This document shows positions 7,359 to 17,972 of a DNA stretch of 40,012 nucleotides, one piece after another. This DNA comes from Corallococcus sp. CA041A (GTDB taxonomy: Bacteria > Myxococcota > Myxococcia > Myxococcales > Myxococcaceae): the NCBI RefSeq assembly GCF_003612075.1, contig NZ_RAWF01000059.1, positions 1-40,012 on the forward strand, written 5' to 3'. Below the pieces are notes generated by a model. The model saw nothing but the letters and a program-made list of their open reading frames with translations, was not told where the DNA came from and made no database searches. The position numbers and the translations under genes are program-made. Numbering within the stretch: the first letter of the stretch is position 1; every line of letters begins with the position of its first letter.

Positions 7359-9758
7359 ATGCGCCGAACCTTCCGTTCCGTCCTCCTGGCACCGGGCTTC
7401 TTTCCGGTGCCCGTCCTGCTGCTGTGTCTGTGTCTGTCCTTGAGCGCCGGGGCAGCACCGGCGGCGACGAACGCCAGGCCGTTCCGCGTCGGGCCTCCCG
7501 CCGCGTGGGTGAGGCCGCTTCCCATTCCTCCAGACCCCGGCCCGACTCCCGAGGGCGAGGAGGAGACCAGCGTCTCCCGGCTGCTGATCGAGGAACAGGT
7601 GCGCGTGTCAGGCCCATCGCGCGTGCACTACCTGCACTCGGCCCAGAAGGTCCTCTCTCCGCGGGGCATCGACCGCGTCACGGACATCCAGTTCCGCTTC
7701 GATCCGACGTACCAGAAGCTCACCGTCCACGGCATCTGGCGCATCCGCGACGGCCGCCGCGAGGACGTCTTCCAGCCCGCCGAGGCCCGGGTCATCCAGC
7801 AGGAGACCGAGCTCCAGAACCGGCTCTACAACGGCAACCTCTCCGTGGTGCCCTTCCTCCACGACGTGCGGGTGGGCGACACCGTGGAGGTCGCGTACTC
7901 CTTCGAAGGCGCCAACCCCGTCTTTGGCGGCCGCTTCTCCGACGTCGTCGGCGTGGGCCATTCCCATCCCGTGGTCCACTTCGCCTACCGGCTGCTGTGG
8001 CCGGAAGGGCGGGGTCGCACGCTCTTCATCCGGGACTTCGCCGCGCCGGGCCTGTCGCGCTCGGAGTCGATGCTGAACGGCGAGCGTGAAATCATCCTGG
8101 AGCGCCGCCACGTGCCCGCGGTCCGCCACGAGGACAACGTCCCCGGCTGGCAGCCCGTCTACCCGTGGATCCAGTTCAGCGAATACAAGGACTGGAACGA
8201 CGTCGCGCGCTGGGCCTCCACGCTGTTCCAGGTGCCCGCCCGCTCGAAGTCGCTGGAGCAGGAGGTCCGCCGGCTGTCGAAGGAGCCCACCCCGGAGGCT
8301 CGCTTCCTCGCCGCGCTTCGCTTCGTCCAGGACGAGGTGCGCTACCTGGGCATCGAGATGGGCCCCAACTCCCACCAGCCCCATCCGCCCGACGAGGTCC
8401 TCCAGCGCCGCTTCGGCGACTGCAAGGACAAGTCGCTCCTCTTGGTGTCGCTCCTCAAGGGGTTGGGCATCGACGCGCAGCCGGCGCTCGTGAGCACGGA
8501 CCTCACGCAGCTGCTGGACGGCTTGCGTCCCACCGCCACCGCGTTCAACCACGTCATCGTCCACGCCACCGTGGCCGGCCGCGAGCTGTGGGTGGATCCC
8601 ACGGCGACGCTGGAGCGCGGCGGGCTGGAAAGCTACGAGCCGCCCTCCTACGGCCGGGCCCTCCTCGTCGCCCCCGCCACCACGGCGCTCTCCGTCATCC
8701 CCACGCCCACGCTGACGGAGCCCTCCCTCTTCGTGGACGAGACCTACGTCGCGATGGGCCGCGACGGGGCCGCGACACTCGACGTCGTCACCACGCGCAC
8801 GGGGGCGGACGCCAACTCCATGCGCCGCGCGCTCGCGGGCACGTCCCTGTCCGAGGTGTCCCGCCTCTACTTCAACTACTACGCGAAGACGGACGCGGAC
8901 ATCTCCATCGCGAAGCCCATGTCGGTGGACGACGACACCGTGACGAACGTGCTCGTCACGCAGGAGCACTACCGCATCGAGGACTTCTGGACCTCGGACG
9001 GTCGCCGGGAGTTCCGCGCGCATGGCCTGCGCCAGCACCTCGCCGTGCCGAACTACTCCCACCGAGCCTTCCCGCTGGAGGTGGAGCACCCCGTCTTCGC
9101 CCGCCACCGCATCACGCTGAAGGCCGGCGAACTGCCCCCCGTCAAAACGGAGTACGAGGTCGTGGACGGTCCGGCCTTCCGCTTCGTGGCCGACACCCGC
9201 GCCGAAGGCAAGACGCTGCTGCTCGACTACAGCTACCGCAGCACCGCGGACTCGGTCCCGCCCGAGCGCATCGCCGAGTACGTGAAGGCCCTGCGCGCCA
9301 CCGAGGCCCAGCGCGGCTACGCCATCCAACTCAGGAGCCGAGCCGCCCGCCACCAGGCCTCATCCGTTCCGTCCGGCGAGGCGGGTGCCATCCTCCTGGG
9401 CGTCATCGCGACGTGCCTCGTGCTGTGGTTCGTCATCGCGCAGGGCGGCCCGGTGGCGCTCTGGCGCAAGGGCCGCGCCTGGGGCAGGCGCCGCGCCTTC
9501 GCACGCAAGTTCGACGCGGACCACCGGGGCGACAGCGCCGGGTCCGCCATCCCCATCACCAGCCCGCAGGAGCTGCTGTCCACGCTGGGCCGGCTGCGCT
9601 GCGCCTGTGGAGCCACCAGCGAGGCCCCACGGGAGTCGCTCCGCCACGAGGCCGTCGTCCTGGGCGACCGCCACCTCACCCTGGTGCAGTGGCAGTGCCC
9701 CACCTGCGCCCGAGCCCGCCGCGCCTACTTCGAGGACATGGGCTCGCGCGCCGCCTGA
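7359..9758 (+). CDS. DUF3857 / transglutaminase-like cysteine-protease-fold protein with signal peptide, C-terminal TM helix and a Cys4 tail
   Basis: Start chosen at MRRTFRSVLLAPGFFPVPVLLLCLCLSLSAGAAPA (signal peptide). The transglutaminase-like core RFGDCKDKSLLLVSLLKGLGI sits at about aa 360. A hydrophobic helix (ILLGVIATCLVLWFVIA) near the C-terminus is followed by a CxC...CxxC tail. The upstream ATG at 7275 is also possible. Confidence 0.65.
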   Translation: MRRTFRSVLLAPGFFPVPVLLLCLCLSLSAGAAPAATNARPFRVGPPAAWVRPLPIPPDPGPTPEGEEETSVSRLLIEEQVRVSGPSRVHYLHSAQKVLSPRGIDRVTDIQFRFDPTYQKLTVHGIWRIRDGRREDVFQPAEARVIQQETELQNRLYNGNLSVVPFLHDVRVGDTVEVAYSFEGANPVFGGRFSDVVGVGHSHPVVHFAYRLLWPEGRGRTLFIRDFAAPGLSRSESMLNGEREIILERRHVPAVRHEDNVPGWQPVYPWIQFSEYKDWNDVARWASTLFQVPARSKSLEQEVRRLSKEPTPEARFLAALRFVQDEVRYLGIEMGPNSHQPHPPDEVLQRRFGDCKDKSLLLVSLLKGLGIDAQPALVSTDLTQLLDGLRPTATAFNHVIVHATVAGRELWVDPTATLERGGLESYEPPSYGRALLVAPATTALSVIPTPTLTEPSLFVDETYVAMGRDGAATLDVVTTRTGADANSMRRALAGTSLSEVSRLYFNYYAKTDADISIAKPMSVDDDTVTNVLVTQEHYRIEDFWTSDGRREFRAHGLRQHLAVPNYSHRAFPLEVEHPVFARHRITLKAGELPPVKTEYEVVDGPAFRFVADTRAEGKTLLLDYSYRSTADSVPPERIAEYVKALRATEAQRGYAIQLRSRAARHQASSVPSGEAGAILLGVIATCLVLWFVIAQGGPVALWRKGRAWGRRRAFARKFDADHRGDSAGSAIPITSPQELLSTLGRLRCACGATSEAPRESLRHEAVVLGDRHLTLVQWQCPTCARARRAYFEDMGSRAA

Positions 9759-9761
9759 CGC

Positions 9762-10064
9762 CTACTGGCAGATGCCCGGGCAGTCCGCGCTGCCCCCGGG
9801 CTGGCACGTGTCGGACGGATCATCCACGCAGGTGTTCCCGGACACGTTCCCCGCGCAGCCCCCGAAGAGGCCGCCGCAGCACTCGACGTACCCCTCCGGC
9901 ACGTCACACGGCGTCGGGAAGGACTGGCACGTCTCGCTGTCCGAGCGCGCGAACACCACCACCTGCGGACACGTGCGCGGCTCTTCGTCGTCGTCGCCCA
10001 GACAGCCCGTCAGACCCAGCACCGCCATCAGCCCCAGCTTCGTCCATGCATGCATGGCGCGCAT
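9762..10064 (-). CDS. small Cys-rich lipoprotein
   Basis: MRAMHAWTKLGLMAVLGLTGC carries an LTGC lipobox. The roughly 80-aa mature part has 10 Cys and acidic DDDEE near the lipid anchor. No clear RBS. It overlaps the 3' end of the convergent gene 10085-11158 only if the longer ORF start is used. Confidence 0.4.
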   Translation of the reverse strand: MRAMHAWTKLGLMAVLGLTGCLGDDDEEPRTCPQVVVFARSDSETCQSFPTPCDVPEGYVECCGGLFGGCAGNVSGNTCVDDPSDTCQPGGSADCPGICQ

Positions 10065-10084
10065 CAGGGCAGGGGAGAACGGCG

Positions 10085-11158
10085 CTAGTCCAGCCCCCGC
10101 TCCCACAGGTCGTCTTCATCCAGACCCATCAAGTGACCGACTTCGTGCATCACCGTGATGCCAATCTGTTCGATGAGTTCCTCGCGGGTCCGCGCGAAGC
10201 GCTCCAGGTTCTTCTGGTACAGCACGATGGAGGGCGGGAAGTGATCCGCCGCGTCCATCACGCTGCGCTCGCCCACGGGCGTGCCCCGGAACACCCCCAG
10301 GATGCACGGTGACAGTGGCGGCTGCTGACCCAGCAGGTCCTCATCCGACGGCAGGTCCTCCACCGCCAGCGTCACGTTGTCCATGTACTGCTTCACCTGC
10401 GAGGGCAGGGCGCGCATCGCGTCCTCCACCGCGCGGTCGAACGCCGCCTCCTCCAGCGCCACCGGCGGCGGCAGCTCCTCCGGGGCCAGCGCCTGCGCCC
10501 GGGAGAAGCGCTTCTTCGCCTCCTTCGCATCCTGGCGCCGCTCCGCGACCAGCCCCAGGTAGTGGTGCGCCCAGGCCTCGTCCGGCGCGTCCTTCAACAC
10601 CCGCTCGAAGGCCTCCTGCGCGGGCGCGAAGCGGCACAACTCGAACAGCGCGATGCCCCGCTCCAGCTGCGCGTCCGTCGAGCGCGGCATGTGCGTCAGC
10701 GCCTGGTCCAGGATTTTCAGCGCGGACTCACATTCCCCCAACTGGTTGAGGCCCATGCCCTCCAGGAGGAGGAACTCGTAGACGAGCTCCACGTCATCGG
10801 CCCGCTGCGCCAGCTTCCGCCCGCGGCCGCACCACTCCAGCCCTTCCTCCACCGCCTCGCGGTCCTCGCCGGTGCGGCACACGAGGAATTCCGCCGCGCC
10901 GAAGAGGATCTCCAGGTCTTCCGGGGCCATCTTGAGGGCGGCGCCATAGGCCTTGCCCGCGTCCTCCAGGCGTCCCACCTCCACCAGCGCGGCGGCCCGG
11001 TAGTGCAGGGCTTCTGGTGAGTCCGGAACGTCCCGGAGCAGGGCGTCGGCGCTGGTGAGCGCGGCCTCGAAGTCCCGCGCCTCGAAGGCGTCCGCGACTC
11101 CCTCCAGCCGCGCGTCCATGTCCCGCGCCTCCCCTTGCTTCGCCATGCGCTTCGCCAT
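10085..11158 (-). CDS. TPR-repeat protein fused to a C-terminal minimal zinc metallopeptidase domain (COG3824-like)
   Basis: The N-terminal two-thirds holds several TPR-like helix pairs (ALHYRAAALVEVGRLEDAGKAY..., AHHYLGLVAERRQDAKEA...). The C-terminus VMHEVGHLMGLDEDDL is the HExxH core of the MMP-like predicted Zn-dependent protease family. Confidence 0.7.
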   Translation of the reverse strand: MAKRMAKQGEARDMDARLEGVADAFEARDFEAALTSADALLRDVPDSPEALHYRAAALVEVGRLEDAGKAYGAALKMAPEDLEILFGAAEFLVCRTGEDREAVEEGLEWCGRGRKLAQRADDVELVYEFLLLEGMGLNQLGECESALKILDQALTHMPRSTDAQLERGIALFELCRFAPAQEAFERVLKDAPDEAWAHHYLGLVAERRQDAKEAKKRFSRAQALAPEELPPPVALEEAAFDRAVEDAMRALPSQVKQYMDNVTLAVEDLPSDEDLLGQQPPLSPCILGVFRGTPVGERSVMDAADHFPPSIVLYQKNLERFARTREELIEQIGITVMHEVGHLMGLDEDDLWERGLD

Positions 11159-11246
11159 TCGGGCCGGCAGCTAAGAAGCCGTCCTTCGCGTTGTCAACGA
11201 CCGGCGTCGCTGTTACCTTCCAGCGCCCCGTTTCGGCCCGAACCCC

Positions 11247-11603
11247 GTGAACATCCTGGTCGTCGACGACGATTACGAGCTGTGCACCATGCTCTCTCGC
11301 TACCTGGAGATGCATGGCTACACCGTGTTCTCGGCGTCGGACGCGCTCCAGGCCCTGGACATCATGGAGCGTCACCCCGTGGGGCTGGTCATCACCGACT
11401 ACCTGATGCCCCACCTGGACGGCATCCACTTCACGGAGATGCTGAAGGCGGACCCCCGCTTCCAGCGCATCTCCGTCCTGATGATGACCGCCAGCACGGA
11501 CGCCAACATCTCCGACCGGGGCCTGCGCAAGGGCGTCGCCATCACCCTGCAGAAGCCCCTGGACATGGGGCAGCTGCTCAACCTCGTGCGCTTCGCGGAG
11601 TAG
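11247..11603 (+). CDS. single-domain response regulator (CheY-like receiver)
   Basis: GTG start. NILVVDDD, the phospho-acceptor context LVITDYLMP and the conserved T/K (MMTAS...QKPLD) are all present. There is no output domain. Confidence 0.8.
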   Translation: MNILVVDDDYELCTMLSRYLEMHGYTVFSASDALQALDIMERHPVGLVITDYLMPHLDGIHFTEMLKADPRFQRISVLMMTASTDANISDRGLRKGVAITLQKPLDMGQLLNLVRFAE

Positions 11604-11707
11604 GGCCTTCCCAAGGCGGCCCGGCCCCCCACCCGGACGGGCCAGTAGGCGTCCTCAGGCCCACACGGCTGCCCCTTTCCGTTGACATCGTCGATGCGGC
11701 CCTTATG

Positions 11708-11734
11708 TTGGCGCTCGACATGGCCGAGTGCTAA
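11708..11734 (+). promoter_or_regulatory. CIRCE (HrcA operator) inverted repeat upstream of groEL
   Basis: TTGGCGCTC-N9-GAGTGCTAA compared with the consensus TTAGCACTC-N9-GAGTGCTAA: the right arm is perfect, the left arm has two mismatches, and the spacer is 9 nt. It lies about 50 bp upstream of the groEL ATG. Confidence 0.7.
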
Positions 11735-13426
<1,692 letters not shown>

Positions 13427-13462
13427 GCCGACGTAACGGCTCCGTAGCTTCGTAGGGTTTCC

Positions 13463-13511
13463 GGCCCCGGTGGGCTCCGCGAAAGCGGGGCGCCCGGGGC
13501 CGGAGTCTTTT
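13463..13511. terminator. bidirectional rho-independent terminator between groEL (+) and the convergent histidine kinase gene (-)
   Basis: GC-rich hairpin GGCCCCGG-tgggctccgcgaaagcggggcg-CCCGGGGCC followed by TCTTTTT. The opposite strand also reads as hairpin plus an A/T run. Confidence 0.6.
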
Positions 13512-15041
13512 TCAGGAAGCGGTCTTCTTGAAGGCCAGGCCCAACTCGCGGCTGAGCGCCGTGGTGTCGGAGAGCAGCTTGGGCAGGCACGCGGCGGCCC
13601 CGGCGCGCAGCGATGCCAGGGCCGTGTCCATGGTGAGGTGCTCGGCCAGGACGACGAAGGGCGCGCCCTGGCTCAGGGCCCGGGCCAGCTCCAGCGCCTT
13701 CTTGCCGTAGGCCGGCGCGAAGTCCCAAGACACCACCACGCCCATGGGCGGCTCCATGGTGGCCACCTCCGCGCCCGCGACGACGCGCGCCTCCAGGCCC
13801 AACAGCGTCAGCGCCTCTGAAATCAGCCGCGCGGTGGCCGGGTTGTCCTCCAGCACGTCCACCCGGCGCACGCCAGCGCTGGGGGCGGGGACAGGCGGCG
13901 CGGCCGGTGTGTACAGCGCCTGCCGCAACAGTGCGCGCACCTGGCGGATGTCGTCGAAGGGCTTGAGCAGGTAGTCCACCAGGCCCAGCTGCAGCGCCTG
14001 CTGCGTCGTCACCAGCGAGGGGTAGCCCGTCATCAGGATGACGCGCGACGCGGGATCCAGCTTCCGCGCGTGCTGGGCCAACTCCAGGCCGGAGATTCCG
14101 GGCAGGTTCTTGTCCGTGACGATGAGATCCACGCGCGACGAGCGGAGGATTTCGAGCGCGGCTTCGCCCGTGGCCGCTTCAATGACTTCGCACTCCTTGT
14201 CCATCAGGTCCTTGAAGACCATCCGGATGATGCCCTCGTCGTCCACCACCAGCAGGCGCTTGCGCGGCGGGCGCGGCGCGTCCGTGGGCGGGAAGAGCAC
14301 GCGGAACACGGTGGCCGGGGGCGGCACTTCGCGCAGCGTCGTGGGCGGCACCAGGGCAATCTGCGCGTGGTGCTCCTGCGCGATGCGACGACAGACGGCG
14401 AGCCCCAGGCCCGTGCCGCGTTTGCTGGCGGAGACGTAGGGCTCGAAGATGCGCGTCTTCAGCTCGTCCGGGATGCCCGGTCCCCAGTCGGACACGTAGA
14501 GGGCCGCGGAGGCGCCATCGCGCGTGAGCGTCACCTTCACGCGGCCCCGGCCGGACATGGCGTCGCGGGCGTTGTTGAGCAGGTTGAGCGTGAGCTGTTC
14601 AATCAGCCGCGCGTTGCCCTGGATGGTCAGGTCCTCGGGGGCCTCCACCTCCAGTGAGATGCGCGCCGAGTCCGGGTTGACGCTGAACACCTTCGCCGCC
14701 GCCCAGATGGGCGCGGCCAGGGACAGCCGCTGCTGCGGGGCCGGCCGCTCGCTGGCCAGGCGGATGAAGTCGGAGACGATCTGCTCCATCCGCTCCACCT
14801 GCGCGAGCAGCAGCTTCAGCGGACCGCTGGAGCCTCCTTCCTCGGCGAGCAGCTGGGCGTAGGCCTTCGCGCCCAGGAGGGGCTGACGCAGCTCATGGAG
14901 GACCTCCGCGGCGACCTGATGGGTGTGGGCGTTGGCGCGTTGCAGCGCCACGGCCGCGACCCGTGCCTTCTCCAGGTCCCCCGCGTCCAGGGCCTGGAGC
15001 AGCTGCGCGAGCGGCGAGGGGGTCTCCATGCGCGGGAGCAT
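13512..15041 (-). CDS. cytoplasmic hybrid sensor histidine kinase (HisKA-HATPase_c-receiver, plus a second receiver-like C-terminal domain)
   Basis: H-box HELRQPL near the N-terminus with no TM or sensor domain. N/G boxes LLNNARDAM...DWGPGIP...GTGLGLAV. Receiver LLVVDDEGIIRMVF...DLIVTDKNLPGISGLEL...ILMTGY. A further CheY-like fold lies at the C-terminus. Confidence 0.85.
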   Translation of the reverse strand: MLPRMETPSPLAQLLQALDAGDLEKARVAAVALQRANAHTHQVAAEVLHELRQPLLGAKAYAQLLAEEGGSSGPLKLLLAQVERMEQIVSDFIRLASERPAPQQRLSLAAPIWAAAKVFSVNPDSARISLEVEAPEDLTIQGNARLIEQLTLNLLNNARDAMSGRGRVKVTLTRDGASAALYVSDWGPGIPDELKTRIFEPYVSASKRGTGLGLAVCRRIAQEHHAQIALVPPTTLREVPPPATVFRVLFPPTDAPRPPRKRLLVVDDEGIIRMVFKDLMDKECEVIEAATGEAALEILRSSRVDLIVTDKNLPGISGLELAQHARKLDPASRVILMTGYPSLVTTQQALQLGLVDYLLKPFDDIRQVRALLRQALYTPAAPPVPAPSAGVRRVDVLEDNPATARLISEALTLLGLEARVVAGAEVATMEPPMGVVVSWDFAPAYGKKALELARALSQGAPFVVLAEHLTMDTALASLRAGAAACLPKLLSDTTALSRELGLAFKKTAS

Positions 15042-15197
15042 GGCGGAGGCAGGTGTTCACGCGCAACGCACCCCCAGCGGGATTCGGTTGACCGCGCTCG
15101 CGACCGAACGGATGCTCGCGCACGTCCTCCAGCCCGGCCTGACGGAACGTCGTTGCCCGCTCGCCTGTTGGGGACTCTCCCTGTCGCTGAGGTCCTC

Positions 15198-15587
15198 ATG
15201 CCGCAGACGAACCCGTTCCACTCGCTGGTGCCCCGGAAGCTGACGGACTCCGAACTGGCCCGCTCCATCCGGCTCAACATCGAGGCGGAGCTGGACGCCA
15301 TCAACCTCTACGCCGCGCACCTGGACGCGACGGACAACGAGGAGGCGAAGGCCATCCTGCGGCACGTCATGGACGAGGAGCGCGAGCACGCGGCCCTCTT
15401 CTGGCAGCTCATCGCGCGGTTGGATCCGGAGCAGGCCCAGCACGACCGCGAGGCGTCGCAGAAGTACCGCCTCATCACCACCGGCGCGTCTCACGAAGAG
15501 GTGGAGGCGGTGGGCGAGGGCGGCGGCGGCGTGCCCGCGGAAGTGGAGCTGCCCAAGCACCTCACCGTGGGCAGCCTGCGCAAGTAG
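15198..15587 (+). CDS. encC: encapsulin cargo protein, ferritin-like/rubrerythrin-like (EncC/EncB-type) with C-terminal targeting peptide
   Basis: GAGGTCCTC precedes the ATG. It is 129 aa with four-helix-bundle diiron-type motifs (EAELDAINLY..., MDEEREHAALF = ExxH). The C-terminal LTVGSLRK matches the Myxococcus encapsulin cargo-loading peptide (LTVGSLRR-type). No shell gene is in the window. Confidence 0.75.
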   Translation: MPQTNPFHSLVPRKLTDSELARSIRLNIEAELDAINLYAAHLDATDNEEAKAILRHVMDEEREHAALFWQLIARLDPEQAQHDREASQKYRLITTGASHEEVEAVGEGGGGVPAEVELPKHLTVGSLRK

Positions 15588-15601
15588 CGCGCGTCCGGCG
15601 T

Positions 15602-16990
15602 TCAGCCCTGGCCCTGCGGGGGCGGGGGATTCTGACGGCGCTCGGCCGGGGTGGCTTCCAGGTCCTGCGCCGCCATGTAGACGACGTTCCGGGTGCCGCG
15701 CTTGCCCCGGTACATGGCCCGGTCGGACAGGTCCAGCAGGTGGTCCTTGTCCTGGGCGTGCTCCGGGAAGCTGGCCACGCCGATGCAGGTGGTGAGCTTG
15801 AGCGCCAGCCCCTCGCGGCCCAGGAACTGATGGGTCTCCATGGTGCGGCGGATGCGCTCGGCGACCTTGAGGGCCCCTCCGGAGTCCGTGCCGCGCAGGA
15901 GCACCACGTACTCGTCGCCGCCGAAGCGCGCCACCACGTCCGGGTCGCGTACGCAGCCCTTGAGCACGCGCGCGGCCTCCACCAGCACCCGCGAGCCCAC
16001 CAGGTGCCCGTGCGTGTCGTTGATGGCCTTGAAGCGGTCCAGGTCCAGGAACAGCAGGGAGAAGGGGCGCTCCGTCTGCAGGGCCTCGTTCACCTCGCGG
16101 TCCAGCACCAGGTGCAGGTAGCGCGTGTTGAACAGGCGGGTGAGGTCATCGACGTAGGCCAGGTCCTCCACGGCGGCGAAGCGGCCCAGGTTGCGCAGGG
16201 CCAGCGCCCAGTTGCGCACGAGGAAGCCCACGGTCTCCGCGTGGTGCTCCGCGGGCGCGTTGTCGTGGAAGAGCACCGCGTGGCCCAGCACCAGTTCTCC
16301 GTCCACGGCGGGGAAGGAGAGGGTGCGCGGCCAGGGAACTTGAAGTCCGTCGAGCTCCACCTGCGTGCGCGTGCCCGAAAGCCGCTCGATGAGCAGCGGG
16401 ACGAGCGCCTCGTGCAGGTCCACCGGCAGCCCGCGCATGCCGTGCGAGCGGAAGCCCGTGCCGCCGGGGTCCCGCTCCAGGAGCATCACCGCGGAGGCGT
16501 TGGCCATGGACTCCAGCGCGTCCGACGCGGCCGTGGACAGCCGCTCGCGGTCGAGCGTGGTGGCGATGCGCTGGCCCGCCTCCAGCAGCGCGACGTGCTG
16601 GCGCAGGGACGCGTTCTCACGCATCAGGTCGCGCGTGGTGAGCGCGCGGCGCAGCGCGTGCTCCAGGGCCTCCGGCGCCACGGGCTTGACCAGGTACTCC
16701 GCCGCGCCGCTCTTGATGGCGCGCACCGCGGGGGCCACCTTGTCCAGGCCGGTGATGACCAGCACCTCCACGCCGGGGTAGCGCTCGCGCACGTGGCGAA
16801 GCACCTCCATGCCGTCGCCGCCGGGGAGGATGAGGTCCGTCACCACCGCGTCGAACCGCGCCGCGGAGAGGGCTGCCTTCGCGTCCGCCACGGTGGGCAC
16901 CGCCGTGACCAGGTGTCCCGCGGCCGTGAGGTAGTCGCCGTAGAGATTGCGGGCGATCTTTTCGTCGTCGACGAGGAGCAGTCGCGCCAT
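15602..16990 (-). CDS. response regulator / diguanylate cyclase (REC-linker-GGDEF) with a GGDEY active-site variant
   Basis: N-terminal receiver MARLLLVDDEKIARNLY...DAVVTDLILPGGDGMEV...VLVITG. The C-terminal GGDEF domain has RYLHLVL...LLFLDLDRFKAINDTHGH...RFGGDEYVVLL and an RxxD-like I-site context. GGDEY replaces the canonical GG(D/E)EF. Confidence 0.85.
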   Translation of the reverse strand: MARLLLVDDEKIARNLYGDYLTAAGHLVTAVPTVADAKAALSAARFDAVVTDLILPGGDGMEVLRHVRERYPGVEVLVITGLDKVAPAVRAIKSGAAEYLVKPVAPEALEHALRRALTTRDLMRENASLRQHVALLEAGQRIATTLDRERLSTAASDALESMANASAVMLLERDPGGTGFRSHGMRGLPVDLHEALVPLLIERLSGTRTQVELDGLQVPWPRTLSFPAVDGELVLGHAVLFHDNAPAEHHAETVGFLVRNWALALRNLGRFAAVEDLAYVDDLTRLFNTRYLHLVLDREVNEALQTERPFSLLFLDLDRFKAINDTHGHLVGSRVLVEAARVLKGCVRDPDVVARFGGDEYVVLLRGTDSGGALKVAERIRRTMETHQFLGREGLALKLTTCIGVASFPEHAQDKDHLLDLSDRAMYRGKRGTRNVVYMAAQDLEATPAERRQNPPPPQGQG

Positions 16991-17855
16991 GACTGTTCAG
17001 GGCTTAGCACCCAACGCTGGAAGGCTGCTAGGGTCCCGGGCCGTGCCCTTTGAAAGCGGACGGCGGCTCTGCCTGCTGGTGGAGGCCGGAGAGACGCGCT
17101 ACGCGGTGGAGGCCACCTCCGTCATCGAGGTCGCGATGCCGGGCGCTCGCGGCGCGAGTCTGCGCGGCGTACTGGAAGTGAAGGACCTCGCCGCGCTGCT
17201 CGGCGGCCTGCCTGAGGAAGTGCCGGGCATGGTGGTGGTCCTGGACGTCAGCCCCACGCTCGCGGTGCGGGTGCGCGCCGTGGTGGAGGTCGCGGACGTC
17301 GCGAGGGACCCGTTCTTCCTGCTGCCTCCGGGCCTGGCGGACTCGCTGGCGCCGCTGAGCCGGGGCGCGGTGCTGCACAAGGACCGGCTGTACCTGGAGC
17401 TCATCGTGGAAGCGCTGCCGCACCGGGCGGGCCCCCGGGCGACCCCGCCAGAGCCCCGGCCCGTGCACTATGCGGACGCGCCCCCGGAGCGGGCGCTGGT
17501 GCTGGAGTCCCAGGGGGTGCTGTTCGGCGTCCCGCTGGGTTGCGTCTCCCAGGTGGTACCCCGGGGCGAGGCGTTCAGCGTGCTCCCGGTGCAGAGCGGG
17601 CCGGTGGCGGGCGTCTATCCCCACGCGCAGGCGCTATGGCCCATCTGTTCGATTCCAGCGCTGCTGGGTGCGCCGGCCCAGGCGGAGGAGCTGTTCGTCC
17701 TCACGGAACTGGCGGGGCGGAACGTAGGGCTGGCGGCCACCCGGGTGCTGGGTGTGCTGCAGAAGTTCAAGCCGGCCGAGCTTCCCGGAACGTTCCGGGC
17801 GCCGGGGCTGCCGGATCCGGTGATGTTACTGGACCTGCAGCGCATGTTTTCTTGA
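16989..17855 (+). CDS. double CheW-like domain protein
   Basis: Two CheW-like modules (LCLLVEAGETRYAVEATSVIEVAMPGA...LRGVLEVKDLAALLG and ALVLESQGVLFGVPLGCVSQVVP...). The ATG at 16989 overlaps the divergent start codon of the GGDEF gene by 2 nt. A GTG near 17043 (AGGG 10 nt upstream) is an alternative start. Confidence 0.55.
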   Translation: MTVQGLAPNAGRLLGSRAVPFESGRRLCLLVEAGETRYAVEATSVIEVAMPGARGASLRGVLEVKDLAALLGGLPEEVPGMVVVLDVSPTLAVRVRAVVEVADVARDPFFLLPPGLADSLAPLSRGAVLHKDRLYLELIVEALPHRAGPRATPPEPRPVHYADAPPERALVLESQGVLFGVPLGCVSQVVPRGEAFSVLPVQSGPVAGVYPHAQALWPICSIPALLGAPAQAEELFVLTELAGRNVGLAATRVLGVLQKFKPAELPGTFRAPGLPDPVMLLDLQRMFS

Positions 17856-17972
17856 TCGGCCCAACGCGCGAATCCTAAGCTTCTCCGATTGACACAGGGC
17901 GTGCAGGCAGGCTTGCTCGCCCGAAATCTCAAACGAATTCAGGGGGGTATGCGCCCCCCGAGGCCGGAGCCG

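Noticed and set aside
7608-9353. 581-aa minus-strand ORF and the 8165-10312 plus-frame ORF (715 aa) overlapping the transglutaminase-like gene
   Set aside because: Arg/Gly/Pro-rich translations with no domains. The plus-strand frame 7359-9758 has a signal peptide and a transglutaminase core and explains the region.
9317-10158. Several 100-260-aa ORFs (9317-9703, 9360-9674, 9385-10158, 9904-10119) around the small lipoprotein
   Set aside because: They are out-of-frame overlaps of the 3' ends of the convergent genes 7359-9758 and 10085-11158. Only the 9762-10064 frame has a signal peptide and lipobox, and even that is kept at modest confidence.
11247-11603. Possibility that the single-domain response regulator upstream of groEL is a mis-called groES
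   Set aside because: The sequence has the receiver-domain DD...D...T...K pattern. It has none of the GroES mobile-loop or beta-barrel features, and the length and start fit CheY.
15740-17053. 437-aa plus-strand ORF opposite the GGDEF response regulator
   Set aside because: Antisense to a gene with clear REC and GGDEF motifs, and His/Arg/Val-rich.
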